The notes under the pieces: generated by a model | Told to the model about the DNA's origin: nothing | What the model saw: the letters and a program-made list of their open reading frames with translations, nothing else | Database searches by the model: none | Translations under genes and position numbers: made by a program | Origin: Bdellovibrionales bacterium | GTDB lineage: Bacteria > Bdellovibrionota > Bdellovibrionia > Bdellovibrionales > UBA1609 | Assembly (NCBI GenBank): GCA_965199825.1 | Contig: OZ241329.1 | Coordinates: 1,088,001-1,152,000 of the forward strand | Length of the DNA: 64,000 nt | Direction: 5' to 3' | In this document: positions 18,145-28,563 of the stretch, one piece after another | Layout: each line of letters opens with the position of its first letter | Position numbering within the stretch: the stretch's first letter is position 1

Positions 18145-20547
18145 TTATTGTGTTGGTTTTCGATCTTTGAGTTGACGTTTTATCACTTCATTTTGTGAGA
18201 AAATTCCGAGAGCCTCCTCCGCACAATGCGGGCAATAGCCACGGCGGAGCAAACCAGACATTATTTTTCCGTAGACAACAGTATCTTGGCTGTCACCAAC
18301 ACCGCCCTTATAGCGTTGAACAACATCCATCAACTCTGAGGACTCACTCGCTTGTTGAGCGAAAACAGCTTGGATCGCAGTTAGCAGCGGTTGATAGTAA
18401 GTCGACTCAACGGTCCGTCCTGGCAGAGTCAATGCAAATTGGGCCATTGCAAGAGTGTTGATATCAAGTCGTTCTGAATGAATTTCTAGATATTTTTGTC
18501 TGATTTTTTCTAGCCTTAAAATTCGTATTGGCTTTCTTTGCTGAGTCAACGGGTCGAGATATTCGGTAGCCGAGGGATCAGCACCAAGCGCACTGATCTC
18601 AAGAGTTGTTTCGTCATAAGCTCTTTTTATTAAAGACTCTTCACTTGCTGCACTCGCCAAAACATCGTTCTCAATTTTCGGAATCGTAAGTCGTGACGAG
18701 ACCAAATTGGAATAGTGAATCCAAAGCTGACGGGTCTTTTCATCATTGCCGTACTCAAGTTTTTTACCGTCTGAGAGCATCATCTTAAAAGTGTCCTTCG
18801 CAATTTTTATTGTGAGATCATGATGATTCTCGGGGGCTCTGGCTGCCGCAACACAAGCTGCTAACCACCCACTGACATCTCGCTGCGAAAGGCCGTGATT
18901 GCCGTCCTGTAAAAGTAAACTGAGCTCATTGAGTTCTTTTTCTTCGATGCTGTTTTCAATTGGCATTTCACCGGTTAAATAACGAGATCGAGTGATGGGA
19001 TCTCTAAAAAGTGCAGAGTTAATCACACTGGAGTTTTGTTTTTTTGAAGCTTCTTCGTTGCTAAAATTTTGGCGAGTAATACTCACCACCGTGGACATAA
19101 ACAAAAGTGCCCTTGGGCTGACGTGGATTCGATCTTCTCCTTCATCAAGATAAAGACTATAGCGATCTTCGGTTCCAAGAATAGGTTTGTCGGCCTCAAT
19201 CAATGGAAAAATTTGATTCAAATCAGCCTTTACGATTTTGTTTTCACCCGTGAGCGGTTGAACAAACACACTTTTAAACATCAGCAACATTGTTTTTGCG
19301 ATCTGATGAGGTTGTATCAGCCAATAAAATGGAATCAGCTGAAATCGATCGCGATGAGCGTGACCTTTTGAATCAGACATAGCGGCGTCAAAATTTGCGG
19401 TATTTGTGGCCATAATCATTAATAAATCAAGAGGCCACGCGGGTGCTGCGCCGATTTTAATTTCACGGGACTCAAGACTTCTCAAAAACATATCCCTTAA
19501 GGCGTCGGCGTTCCGTAAAAATTCATCCCCAAACCAGGGGCCGCCGTTTGAAGCAGGGATCTGACCCATAAAATATGAAAATGGCATCTCGGGGCCATAG
19601 GTAAGAAAAATAGCAGGATTTTTGCTCGCAAAGATCGCTCCCTGATCATAGTCGCGACCTTGAGCATCGAAAATATTGTTATTGTTTTCTCCAAAAAATT
19701 TACGGCGGAGAACAATATGCCGACCGAGAGTCTCAACAATTTCTGCAACGGTAAGATCGCTCTTCTTTTTTAATTGCTCGCTTGCCATTAACTTTTCGTA
19801 GATAAACAAATTTTGTGGATCAGGTTTGAGGAGAGGTTTCGGATTAGATCCGGCGAGGCGCATCACTTCGGGTGCTGCCATCTCTATGATTTTGGATCGA
19901 ATAGCGTCTGGCAGCATCACCAAGGGGGATTGATGAAGACCGGCGCGAACAACTTCACCTTCTTGAATGAATTCAAGTCCTGGTATTGCATGCAAATTAT
20001 GCCACTCGGGCTCATAGAAAGCGTAACCGGGGAGATTAAAACTCGCATATTTTAAAGCGGCTTGTAGGATTGTGAGGATTAGCGTTTTTCCGGTTCCGTG
20101 CGGTCCTAAAAACATTGCAACCCGCGGTGCACCTCGCACTGAATCTTTGATTGATTCCACAAATTCTGCGATGCGATCCTCTTGACCCACGATGGATTGG
20201 TAATCATTAAGGACACTCGGTGTAGAAAATAGATTATAGACTTTGAGTCGACCTTTGCCGCGAATATTTTTATATTCCCAGCCGGCGTAATTGATCACAC
20301 TCATCACACGCTGAGCGGCGCTCATTGCGAGCATTGGATTTTGAACAACTAAATTTTGTTTGGGATCACTTGCGAAGAGCTCAATAAAACTTCTTTTTTC
20401 AAACTTCGCGATCAGGTAAGAATCATGGCCGCTAAAATCGCCAAGGATTGTTTCGCAGTCCTGAGCCTCGGCGGTAAAACCAAATATGAAACAAGACAGT
20501 GCAATACCCAACCGAACTAAAATTCCCCCCACGTCAATTCCCCCCAA
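18145..20547 (-). CDS. prkA: PrkA/YeaG-family AAA+ ATPase/Ser kinase with N-terminal signal peptide
   Basis: SAAQRV, Walker A GPHGTGKT (20083-20106), HQSPL, ASNGG..FGDEF, DLLMIMATN, RDR, HVSPRAL, GLSQR, C-terminal GYCPHCA. Alternative GTG start at 20532. Signal-like ALSCFIFGFTAEA. Confidence 0.85.
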   Translation of the reverse strand: MGGIDVGGILVRLGIALSCFIFGFTAEAQDCETILGDFSGHDSYLIAKFEKRSFIELFASDPKQNLVVQNPMLAMSAAQRVMSVINYAGWEYKNIRGKGRLKVYNLFSTPSVLNDYQSIVGQEDRIAEFVESIKDSVRGAPRVAMFLGPHGTGKTLILTILQAALKYASFNLPGYAFYEPEWHNLHAIPGLEFIQEGEVVRAGLHQSPLVMLPDAIRSKIIEMAAPEVMRLAGSNPKPLLKPDPQNLFIYEKLMASEQLKKKSDLTVAEIVETLGRHIVLRRKFFGENNNNIFDAQGRDYDQGAIFASKNPAIFLTYGPEMPFSYFMGQIPASNGGPWFGDEFLRNADALRDMFLRSLESREIKIGAAPAWPLDLLMIMATNTANFDAAMSDSKGHAHRDRFQLIPFYWLIQPHQIAKTMLLMFKSVFVQPLTGENKIVKADLNQIFPLIEADKPILGTEDRYSLYLDEGEDRIHVSPRALLFMSTVVSITRQNFSNEEASKKQNSSVINSALFRDPITRSRYLTGEMPIENSIEEKELNELSLLLQDGNHGLSQRDVSGWLAACVAAARAPENHHDLTIKIAKDTFKMMLSDGKKLEYGNDEKTRQLWIHYSNLVSSRLTIPKIENDVLASAASEESLIKRAYDETTLEISALGADPSATEYLDPLTQQRKPIRILRLEKIRQKYLEIHSERLDINTLAMAQFALTLPGRTVESTYYQPLLTAIQAVFAQQASESSELMDVVQRYKGGVGDSQDTVVYGKIMSGLLRRGYCPHCAEEALGIFSQNEVIKRQLKDRKPTQ

Positions 20548-21104
20548 CGTTTTGGACCTTTATGTATGTACGAAGTTTGAAACGGTAGAAAGCAAGATCA
20601 CAACTGTCAAAACGCAAATTCGAGAAATTTAAAATAAAAACTAAAACGATTATTTATTAAGCAGCTTCGAGCATTTTAGTTCGATGTGCTATTGCGCAAT
20701 GTTTTGGGAATTATAAAAAATTAATTATTAAATGCGTTGAGCCTGAGATGAAGATGTCAAAGCCACAGTCCGACACGATTTTGAGCTGTGTATATGATGT
20801 GCTTCAAAAGCGAACAGGATGTTTTTTGTAAACGTCAATTTTTACAATCCGAATTCGAAGCCCTCTAAATTTTTGTGCAAGACATTCAATTAAGATCATA
20901 TTTTATTTAAAACTGGTTTAACCACAATGACGCTTTAACTGCAGATCGATGGAAAATGAAACGAGTCGGGTGTTACGGTTTTAGAACTTGATCCGCTTGC
21001 ACTTTAGGCTGCAATAATCACAATTCGACCAAATAGATATTATTGAAATTGAGCTTGAATGCCGCCTATTGAAATAGTTGGCTTGGGCATATAAAAGAGA
21101 TCAC

Positions 21105-23606
21105 ATGACTTCAGCCGCTCTAGCCGAATTTATCGAAAGATCATCCAAAATTATTCAACAGGCTTGGCTCAAAGATGTCCACGAACAAATTCCTCTCAGT
21201 CGTTCGTTTGAAGATGTCGTGGTCATTGATTCGTTGCCAAAATATCTAAACGAAGCAGCTGATATTTTGCGTTCGGGCCCTGACAAAAATCCATTGGATC
21301 AAGCCATCCAGACCGCGCGAGAGCATGGGACAACTCGAACACGGCTCGGCTATGCCTTACGAGATGTGGCTGTGGAATACTCAATCCTGCGTGAAGCTAT
21401 CGTAACCGAAGCCTCTAAAGAATCTAAATTACCAACAGATGTTCTGGCTGACCTTTGCCGGATTAGTGATTCGGGCCTGATCAATGCGGTCGAAGAATTT
21501 CTTGAACGCACGGTGGTCCAAGAACAACGGCATGCGCGGCTAGCTGCCGAAAGGTCCGCCGATGCAGTGATGCATGAGCGTAAGAATTTTGAAATCTTAT
21601 TCCAACAGACTCCTGAAATGGTTTGTATGTTCGATGGGCCAAGCCATCGTTTTGAGTTTGTAAACGAAGCCCAAAATAAATTTTTAGGGTTTGATGCAAA
21701 AGGAATGTCCATTCGTGAGGCCCAACCCGAATCAATCGAAATGCACTCGATTCTCGACGAAGTTTTTCGTACTGGTAAAACCGCCGAGCTTTTTGAAATG
21801 CCAATTACGGTTGGCGATCGTCGGCGTTATTTTAATCTTACCTATAGTGCTCGCTACAATTTAGAACAACAAATTGACGGCATTATGTCGCTCGGTAACG
21901 AAGTGACCGAAGTCGTCTTAAATCGCGAAACCTTACGGCTGCAAGGCCGCGCCCTCGAGCTTTCAATGGCGGATGCTCCACTCACCCAAGTTCTTGAAGT
22001 GATGACTATGATGGTTGAACTCCAAGCGGGTGGAAGTTTGATTGCTTCAGTTCTTTTAGCAGATGCTGAACAAAAACATCTTCTCCATGGAGCCGCACCT
22101 GGACTTCCTAAAGAGTACAATCAGGCTATTAATGGAATTAAAATTGGAATGGACATCGGCTCATGTGGGACTGCCGCCTTTACTCGTAAAAAAATTGTTG
22201 TAACCAATATTGCAACCGATCCTCTTTGGCATGAGTTTAAAACTATAGCTGCTCAATATAATTTGAGTGCATGTTGGTCGATTCCAATTCTTTCTTCTCG
22301 AGGTCAATTGCTTGGAACATTTGTGTTCTATTCAAAAACTCCACGCGCACCCACTGAACGTGAAATTGAGATCGTAAATGTTGCCGCCCAAACGACCGCA
22401 CTCATTATTGAGAGACGGCTTGAAATGGAACAAAGAATCGCCGCCGGCATAGAGGCCGAGAGGGCAAATAATGCGAAGTCTGCGTTTTTGGCGAATATGA
22501 GTCATGAGATTCGAACTCCACTTGGAGCGATCATGGGATTTTCAGAATTGGCACGACAGCCCGAAGCAACTCGTGACGATATCGCATCACACTTGTCTGT
22601 GGTTGAACGTAATTCGGCTCAAGTCTTACGGATTATCGACGATATTTTAGATCTTGCAAAAGTTGAGGCGGGTCGAGTGGATCTTGAAAATATCGAGATT
22701 TCGCTTATGCAATTTTTGGCCGATTTTGTTTTATTGATTTCGATTCGTGCACGAGAAAATGGAATTGATTTTGATATTCACGCTAAGACGAGTTTGCCCG
22801 AGTATATAAAAACAGATCCAACGCGACTGCGACAGATCCTTACAAACTCGGTGGGCAACGCCATAAAATTTACGAGCGATGGGAGTGTTGTCTTAGAGGT
22901 CTCATTTGAAAAAGAAATCTTGAGCTTTAAAATCATTGATACTGGTCGTGGCATTTCAAAAGAGCAGGCCACCTCACTCTTTCAACCCTTTGTTCAGGCC
23001 GATGTTTCTACCACTCGAAAATTTGGCGGCACTGGTCTCGGCCTTGTTTTGACAAAGCGATTATGTCAGCTCATGGGCGGGAATTATGTTCTTGAATCCA
23101 GCGAACTTGGTGTGGGCTCAAAGTTTGTGGCTTCGATTCATACTGAGATTCCGCCAAATTCAAAATTTATCGAGCAATTCGAAATTGTGTTTAAAGTTAA
23201 AATTCCATCGACTGCCGCAATTGTGCATGATCGTCTTGATGGAGTGCGTGTTTTATTGGTTGAAGATTCACCTGACAATCAAGCACTCGTTCGCATGATT
23301 TTAGAAAAACAAGGAGCGTCTGTTGATATTGTTTCGGACGGCTATGCTGGAGTCGAAAAAGCGTTCTCAGGAAAATACGATGTGGTGTTGATGGATATTC
23401 AAATGCCCCGAATGGATGGTCATGAGGCCGTTAGAATTTTGCGCGGAAAACGCTATGATCGACCTGTGATTGCACTCACCGCACATGCTATGGCCGAAGA
23501 GGTGAAGCGCGCATTAGAATCTGGCTTTACTAGTTTTTTATCAAAACCCATTCACCGCGAAGATCTTATTGCCAAAGTTCAGCAGCTTTCGATTCTCTCG
23601 CATTAA
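21105..23606 (+). CDS. Hybrid sensor histidine kinase (RsbRD-N-like, PAS, GAF, HisKA, HATPase, REC)
   Basis: FLANMSHEIRTP, NAIKFT, DTGRGI, GGTGLGL, LLVED...LMDIQMP; GAF motif GSCGTAA. Probable start ATG 21105. Confidence 0.95.
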   Translation: MTSAALAEFIERSSKIIQQAWLKDVHEQIPLSRSFEDVVVIDSLPKYLNEAADILRSGPDKNPLDQAIQTAREHGTTRTRLGYALRDVAVEYSILREAIVTEASKESKLPTDVLADLCRISDSGLINAVEEFLERTVVQEQRHARLAAERSADAVMHERKNFEILFQQTPEMVCMFDGPSHRFEFVNEAQNKFLGFDAKGMSIREAQPESIEMHSILDEVFRTGKTAELFEMPITVGDRRRYFNLTYSARYNLEQQIDGIMSLGNEVTEVVLNRETLRLQGRALELSMADAPLTQVLEVMTMMVELQAGGSLIASVLLADAEQKHLLHGAAPGLPKEYNQAINGIKIGMDIGSCGTAAFTRKKIVVTNIATDPLWHEFKTIAAQYNLSACWSIPILSSRGQLLGTFVFYSKTPRAPTEREIEIVNVAAQTTALIIERRLEMEQRIAAGIEAERANNAKSAFLANMSHEIRTPLGAIMGFSELARQPEATRDDIASHLSVVERNSAQVLRIIDDILDLAKVEAGRVDLENIEISLMQFLADFVLLISIRARENGIDFDIHAKTSLPEYIKTDPTRLRQILTNSVGNAIKFTSDGSVVLEVSFEKEILSFKIIDTGRGISKEQATSLFQPFVQADVSTTRKFGGTGLGLVLTKRLCQLMGGNYVLESSELGVGSKFVASIHTEIPPNSKFIEQFEIVFKVKIPSTAAIVHDRLDGVRVLLVEDSPDNQALVRMILEKQGASVDIVSDGYAGVEKAFSGKYDVVLMDIQMPRMDGHEAVRILRGKRYDRPVIALTAHAMAEEVKRALESGFTSFLSKPIHREDLIAKVQQLSILSH

Positions 23607-23615
23607 GGTCTAACG

Positions 23616-24530
23616 ATGATTCCTGTTATTCTTATTCCTGTTTGTAGTGTGCTCTCTTTGTTTCCGTTTGTTAGCGCAGCGGAAGCTTTGCTTGCTGGCG
23701 TGTTGATTTCATTTTTTTTTAAAAATCCATATCCGACCCAAGTCTACACCCATCGATTGCTCACATTCTCGGTGATGGGTCTTGGCGCGGGCATGAATCT
23801 TAAAACCGTACTAGAAGTCGGTGCCCATGGTCTTGGTTACACTTTTTTAAGTATCGCTTTTGTATTTGGCTTAGGTTTTATTTTGCAGAAAATAATCAAG
23901 ACAGATCCAGAGTCGGGGCTCTTGATCACGGTCGGCACCGCAATTTGCGGTGGCAGCGCGATTGCGGCGATCACACCCATCATCAAAGCAAAGCCGCACT
24001 CAGTGAGTGTTTCGTTGGGGACAGTTTTTATTTTAAATGCTTTAGCTCTTTTGATTTTTCCGGCGATAGGACATCATTTTCAGATGTCTGAAAAATCTTT
24101 TGGTTTGTGGAGCGCTCTGGCGATTCACGATACAAGCTCTGTGGTCGGTGCAACCGTGTCCTATGGTAAGATTGCGGCAGAAGTTGGAACGACCGTCAAA
24201 CTTGCGCGGGCATTGTGGATTGTGCCATTGGCAGTGATCATTGGATTTGCCAAAAAAAGCGAAAGCAAATCAAAAAAGCCTTGGTTTATTCTTGGCTTTT
24301 TATCTACAGCAGCCCTTGTGACCTGGGTTCCTCAGCTTCAAGAGGCGGGGCATTTTGTTGAATTCGTAGCTAAGCGGGTTTTGGTGTTGACCTTATTTTT
24401 TATTGGGCTTGGACTATCGCAAGAAACACTTAAGAAAGTTGGGTTTAAGCCATTGGTTTTAGGATTAACTCTTTGGATCGTTGTTGCGACTTGTACTTTC
24501 TTGAGCATTAACTACGGAATTATCGAATAA
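23616..24530 (+). CDS. YeiH/UPF0324-family membrane transporter
   Basis: GTAICGGSAIAA, IHDTSSVVGA, TTVKLARALWI; multiple TM helices. Confidence 0.9.
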   Translation: MIPVILIPVCSVLSLFPFVSAAEALLAGVLISFFFKNPYPTQVYTHRLLTFSVMGLGAGMNLKTVLEVGAHGLGYTFLSIAFVFGLGFILQKIIKTDPESGLLITVGTAICGGSAIAAITPIIKAKPHSVSVSLGTVFILNALALLIFPAIGHHFQMSEKSFGLWSALAIHDTSSVVGATVSYGKIAAEVGTTVKLARALWIVPLAVIIGFAKKSESKSKKPWFILGFLSTAALVTWVPQLQEAGHFVEFVAKRVLVLTLFFIGLGLSQETLKKVGFKPLVLGLTLWIVVATCTFLSINYGIIE

Positions 24531-24560
24531 AATAGTTTCTATTTATATAAGAGCCGGTTA

Positions 24561-24684
24561 GACTTTAGTCAGATCTTACAATCTTTGGCGCAAAGTTAAA
24601 CTTAAGAAATCAAAGTGTTTTTTGTTTTAACCAAAAACATTTTTTCTTATACAAAGGCCTCAAATCATAGTGACGACTAAAGTC
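24561..24684. promoter_or_regulatory. Two GACT-W2-AGTC palindromic boxes, probable XRE operator
   Basis: GACTTTAGTC (24561-24570) and TGACGACTAAAGTCATCA (24671-24688) upstream of the receiver-XRE gene pair. Confidence 0.45.
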
Positions 24685-24799
24685 ATCAAAATGAAAATTC
24701 AGTAATTTTTGGTCAAAAAAATTTGACACGAAATGTGTTCGATCCGCTTGCAAAAAGATTTATGCTGGAGAAAGAATGTACTATCTTAGGGAGAAATGA

Positions 24800-25171
24800 A
24801 TGAAAAGTGTTCGGGTATTAGTGATTGAAGACAATCACGACTTTGCACTGATGAACTGTATTCATCTCAAAAAAGCGGGCTTTGCGGCTACAGCTGCGCA
24901 TAGCGGTGCGCAAGCTTTGAATGAGCTCACCGCCTCTCCACCAGATGTCATCGTTATGGATCTGACTCTCCCAGATATGGATGCTGATACTTTTGTTTCT
25001 GAATTGCGAGAGCGTCCACAGTATGCAAACACCCCAGTCATCCTTGCTTCGGGCCGTGAAGATATCGCCGAAAGAGCAAAAAAATTGGGATGTCCCATCT
25101 ATTTAAAAAAGCCATTTGATTCTTCGTTACTCCTCGACTCCGTCCAACAGGTAGCATTAAAAAATGAGTGA
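24800..25171 (+). CDS. Single-domain response regulator (CheY-like)
   Basis: VLVIED, VMDLTLPD, YLKKP. Confidence 0.9.
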   Translation: MKSVRVLVIEDNHDFALMNCIHLKKAGFAATAAHSGAQALNELTASPPDVIVMDLTLPDMDADTFVSELRERPQYANTPVILASGREDIAERAKKLGCPIYLKKPFDSSLLLDSVQQVALKNE

Positions 25172-25436
25172 TATTACAGTGGCTCACGCCCATGTTCTTA
25201 AACGTCTTCGCAAGTCGTCCAACTTGAGTCAAAAAGAATTGGCTGATCGATGCAATCTTGACCGGACTTTTATTTCGCTTCTTGAACGAGGCGAAAGGCA
25301 ACCTTCGCTCACAACACTATTTGCAGTCGCAAAAGTTTTAAAGGTGAGCCCATCGGTTATTGTCACTCAAATCGAGAACTTTATTCGAAGAGGGTTACGC
25401 AAAGTCAGCAAGCCCTCACGAGTGGGTAGGAACTAA
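25164..25436 (+). CDS. XRE-family HTH transcriptional regulator
   Basis: LSQKELADRCNLDRTFISLLERGERQPSL. Confidence 0.9.
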   Translation: MSDITVAHAHVLKRLRKSSNLSQKELADRCNLDRTFISLLERGERQPSLTTLFAVAKVLKVSPSVIVTQIENFIRRGLRKVSKPSRVGRN

Positions 25437-27067
25437 GGCGTCTTTGTTTTAGATGTTTTTATTATGGGCTTAGGAACTTTTGACTTCGGCATTTTCTTTC
25501 CGGCGGTGATGTACTCATCAATGATCGGACTGTGTCGAGTAGGCGATCGAGCCAGTACGCCGTAGTAACTTGAGAGTGGAAGTTGTGGGACCAAATCTAC
25601 GTCGGAAGTTTTGTCATCCAATATGACGATTCCGCCCGCCATAATCATATATTCACGAGTGCGCTGTGCGGGTTTGCCACCCCTTACCTTCGGTACAGTA
25701 ATCGCGCGCCGAAAAATTGTAGAGATCTCGACGTAGTTTAATAGAATTATATTATCGGCCATAGCAGAGGCTTTTAAACTGCTGCTGATTTGCGAGACCC
25801 CTAACAATTCAGGGCATTCGTAATTGACCAAAGATTCCATCATTCGATACTTAAATAACGAGGTCAGCGCAAAAATAAAATCGTGAGTTTCTTCGTGGTG
25901 AGCGCTTTGGTATGTTGCAAGAGAATCAATCACAATTCGGGTGATATCTTTTTGCTCGATAATATTTTTTATACGATAAAAATGCTCATCCAAATCAATC
26001 TCCATAGGAGTATTATAATAAATTGTGACATCGCCACTTTTCACATGGGTGCTTAACTTTAATTTAAGTTCGTCGGCGTTGCGGCAAATTTGCTCGGGAT
26101 GTTCGTCTAACGTGACCAACAAGCCTTTTTTACCCTGCGCAACTCCAGCTGCCAAAAACTCCATTCCTAATATGCTTTTGCCTGTACCTGAAATTCCAAC
26201 ACATAAGGTGGTTGAGCCTTCAAGAACACCGCCACCGAGCATCTCATCAAGGGTAGGATTGCAAAAAGAACTTTTTTTAATCGAAGTCTTTTGTGAAAAT
26301 TTTTGCGATACACCTGCCGAGATTCTTGGGAAAACCTCAATCCCTTTTTGGGGAAATATTTTATAGGAATGGGTTCCCGAAATAAAATTTTGCCCGCGTG
26401 ATTTTACAATTTCTAATGTTCTTATGGAACTTCGACGTTGCACGCTATTGCGCAAGCTAATCACCGTATCGCAAAGAAATTGACTCTCTTCGATCGCATT
26501 CTTAGCCATCGTCTCGGCAACAAAGACTGGCATCACCCCCATACGCTCAAAAGTATCAATTATCATATGTAAAGATTCACGGAAGGATGGCCCCTGACGG
26601 GCTTCGAGATACTCTTTTAGAGGAGTTAAATTATCAATCACCACCCGACGGGCATTGATTTTTTTTATCTCAGTTGTAACAAAATTTGTTGAGAGCTGAA
26701 GATTATCAAAAATTTGTGCTGGGGTGACCTTTAAGATCTTCATTTTATTTTGATTTTCTAACTTTTGACAATCCAGTCCAAATCCAAGCGCATCTTGCTT
26801 GATCTTTTCCACCGAAGTCTCAAGGCTTAAAATTAATCCTGCTTCGTTGTGGAGTGAAGCCCCACGATAAATAAATTCAAGAGCAAAAATGGTTTTACCA
26901 ATGCCGGGGCTTCCTTCAATAATGACCGCATTGCCTCTCACAATGCCGCCGTAAACGATTTGGTCAAAACCAAGGATCCCGCTAGGAACGAGGGCTTCTG
27001 AATTTTTGTTTATATCGATCTCCAAAGTGCCACCTATCTGTATCTCGGTTTTACATAATTGCATCAA
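25433..27067 (-). CDS. KaiC-like double-domain RecA-superfamily ATPase
   Basis: Two P-loops (GSPGIGKT, GISGTGKS), VVIDN/IVIDS Walker B, VKSRG/PKVRG motifs. Exact start uncertain. Confidence 0.85.
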   Translation of the reverse strand: MMQLCKTEIQIGGTLEIDINKNSEALVPSGILGFDQIVYGGIVRGNAVIIEGSPGIGKTIFALEFIYRGASLHNEAGLILSLETSVEKIKQDALGFGLDCQKLENQNKMKILKVTPAQIFDNLQLSTNFVTTEIKKINARRVVIDNLTPLKEYLEARQGPSFRESLHMIIDTFERMGVMPVFVAETMAKNAIEESQFLCDTVISLRNSVQRRSSIRTLEIVKSRGQNFISGTHSYKIFPQKGIEVFPRISAGVSQKFSQKTSIKKSSFCNPTLDEMLGGGVLEGSTTLCVGISGTGKSILGMEFLAAGVAQGKKGLLVTLDEHPEQICRNADELKLKLSTHVKSGDVTIYYNTPMEIDLDEHFYRIKNIIEQKDITRIVIDSLATYQSAHHEETHDFIFALTSLFKYRMMESLVNYECPELLGVSQISSSLKASAMADNIILLNYVEISTIFRRAITVPKVRGGKPAQRTREYMIMAGGIVILDDKTSDVDLVPQLPLSSYYGVLARSPTRHSPIIDEYITAGKKMPKSKVPKPIIKTSKTKTP

Positions 27068-27117
27068 ATTGACAATGACTCAAAATTTCTGCAGCTTGAG
27101 GGCAATCGGAGGCAATC

Positions 27118-28563
27118 TTGAAAAATTATAAATTTATCCTTCTCATTTTTTTGTTTGCGGTTCAATCAGCACGCGGGCAGTACGGTGCGATCGCGACATC
27201 GCCCGGAACTTACGAATATATTGATCGGTCAAAAATCGAGCGAAATAGAATCGATTGGAGCATGCTTGTTGAAAAACAAGATCATGACACTTACGAAAAA
27301 ACAGTTTCCGAGAGCGAAGCGGCTTACAAGGATCTTTATCAAAGTTATGCTAAACTAAAAGAGTTGAGCATTCAGTCGACCATCAACAAACTGCCGATCT
27401 CGGCCGAAGAATTGGCTTCAGCCGTATTTAATTTTCGGATGGCTCGCGACGTGTTTCATCAAAAAATTGCAGGCCTCGAAGTTTTTTCGGAAGTTTGGGG
27501 CGGCCGCGCAAATCTCAATCCCGACCAAAAACAAGCGCTTCCAGCTGAGCAACAAAATGCAATTGAATATGTTTATTCAAAAGGTGCGGTGAACCTTGGC
27601 TTATTTGCCAAAACATATGATGCCGGTATCCGAGCGATGGTCGACCAGGCAGCAGCTCTTACCTACAGATACAATGACGGGATGCAAGCCGTAGATACCA
27701 TTGCGGGCGAGGGTCTTATGGATCCCATGACTCACGAAACTCCGCGCAGCATTTTGGCCAACCTCGAAATTTTTCGAAAAAACGCCGAACTCACTTTTCA
27801 AGATACCGAAAATCTGTCGCGCTTACCAAAAATGGTTGCGTATCAAATGGCGCAATTTATCAATGCTAACGATCTGCATTTTTATTGGCAAAATGATTTG
27901 CAAAAACAAGGTCGAAGCGACTGGCTTGAGGCTTTGGAATTTAAGTTTAGACTGACCAAATATGTTCGTGCTGCAAACTGTATGTCTGTCGGGGTTGTGG
28001 CGCTCAGTCTGCCGCCGCTTGAGTCTTTTGACCTAGGCTACCTGGTGCGTGGAGCAAGACAAAAAGTTCGAATCGTTCAGAAGGCAGAATTTGATGAGGT
28101 TGCGATTCGCGCGACTCTTAATCGGCTTGATGAATTGTTTCGCTCGCTTCAATCCCAAAATGGTGAATTTAATGATGTCGGTGGAGTGATGGGTTATATA
28201 AACAAAATCAATTCCACTTTGACCTGGAAAAATGAAGTTGAGGCCTATCTTGGAATATTGACTTTTCTGCGTGAAGATTACCGTGACGAACTCGATCTTA
28301 TTACCGATCCCATTGGACGATGCGATCGTGTGCGACAACGTTACTATGCTCGATACAAAACCTTTCGCGATGGTTTCGCCGCTCGTGCGGATGCTTATTT
28401 CGTAACCGGAGGAAGTTCAACCGATCCCACAATGCAAGCGTTTGCGGTTGCTGGAAAAGTGATTTTAACAAAAGGCCAATATTTAAAAGAATATCGCAAA
28501 CTGTTGAGCGACCATCCTGAATTTTCGCCTTCAGGAAAAATGTTGGATGAAAGCCTTCATTAA
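27118..28563 (+). CDS. Secreted, largely helical hypothetical protein
   Basis: 481 aa with signal peptide; overlaps the next gene. Confidence 0.75.
   Translation: MKNYKFILLIFLFAVQSARGQYGAIATSPGTYEYIDRSKIERNRIDWSMLVEKQDHDTYEKTVSESEAAYKDLYQSYAKLKELSIQSTINKLPISAEELASAVFNFRMARDVFHQKIAGLEVFSEVWGGRANLNPDQKQALPAEQQNAIEYVYSKGAVNLGLFAKTYDAGIRAMVDQAAALTYRYNDGMQAVDTIAGEGLMDPMTHETPRSILANLEIFRKNAELTFQDTENLSRLPKMVAYQMAQFINANDLHFYWQNDLQKQGRSDWLEALEFKFRLTKYVRAANCMSVGVVALSLPPLESFDLGYLVRGARQKVRIVQKAEFDEVAIRATLNRLDELFRSLQSQNGEFNDVGGVMGYINKINSTLTWKNEVEAYLGILTFLREDYRDELDLITDPIGRCDRVRQRYYARYKTFRDGFAARADAYFVTGGSSTDPTMQAFAVAGKVILTKGQYLKEYRKLLSDHPEFSPSGKMLDESLH

Noticed and set aside
20548..21100. 550-bp AT-rich intergenic region as an ncRNA or riboswitch
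   Set aside because: No recognisable structure or repeat by eye; consistent with divergent promoters. An Rfam scan would be needed to exclude it.
25433..27067. Circadian clock kaiC
   Set aside because: No kaiA/kaiB nearby; the S-T phosphosite pair and EE motifs are not canonical.
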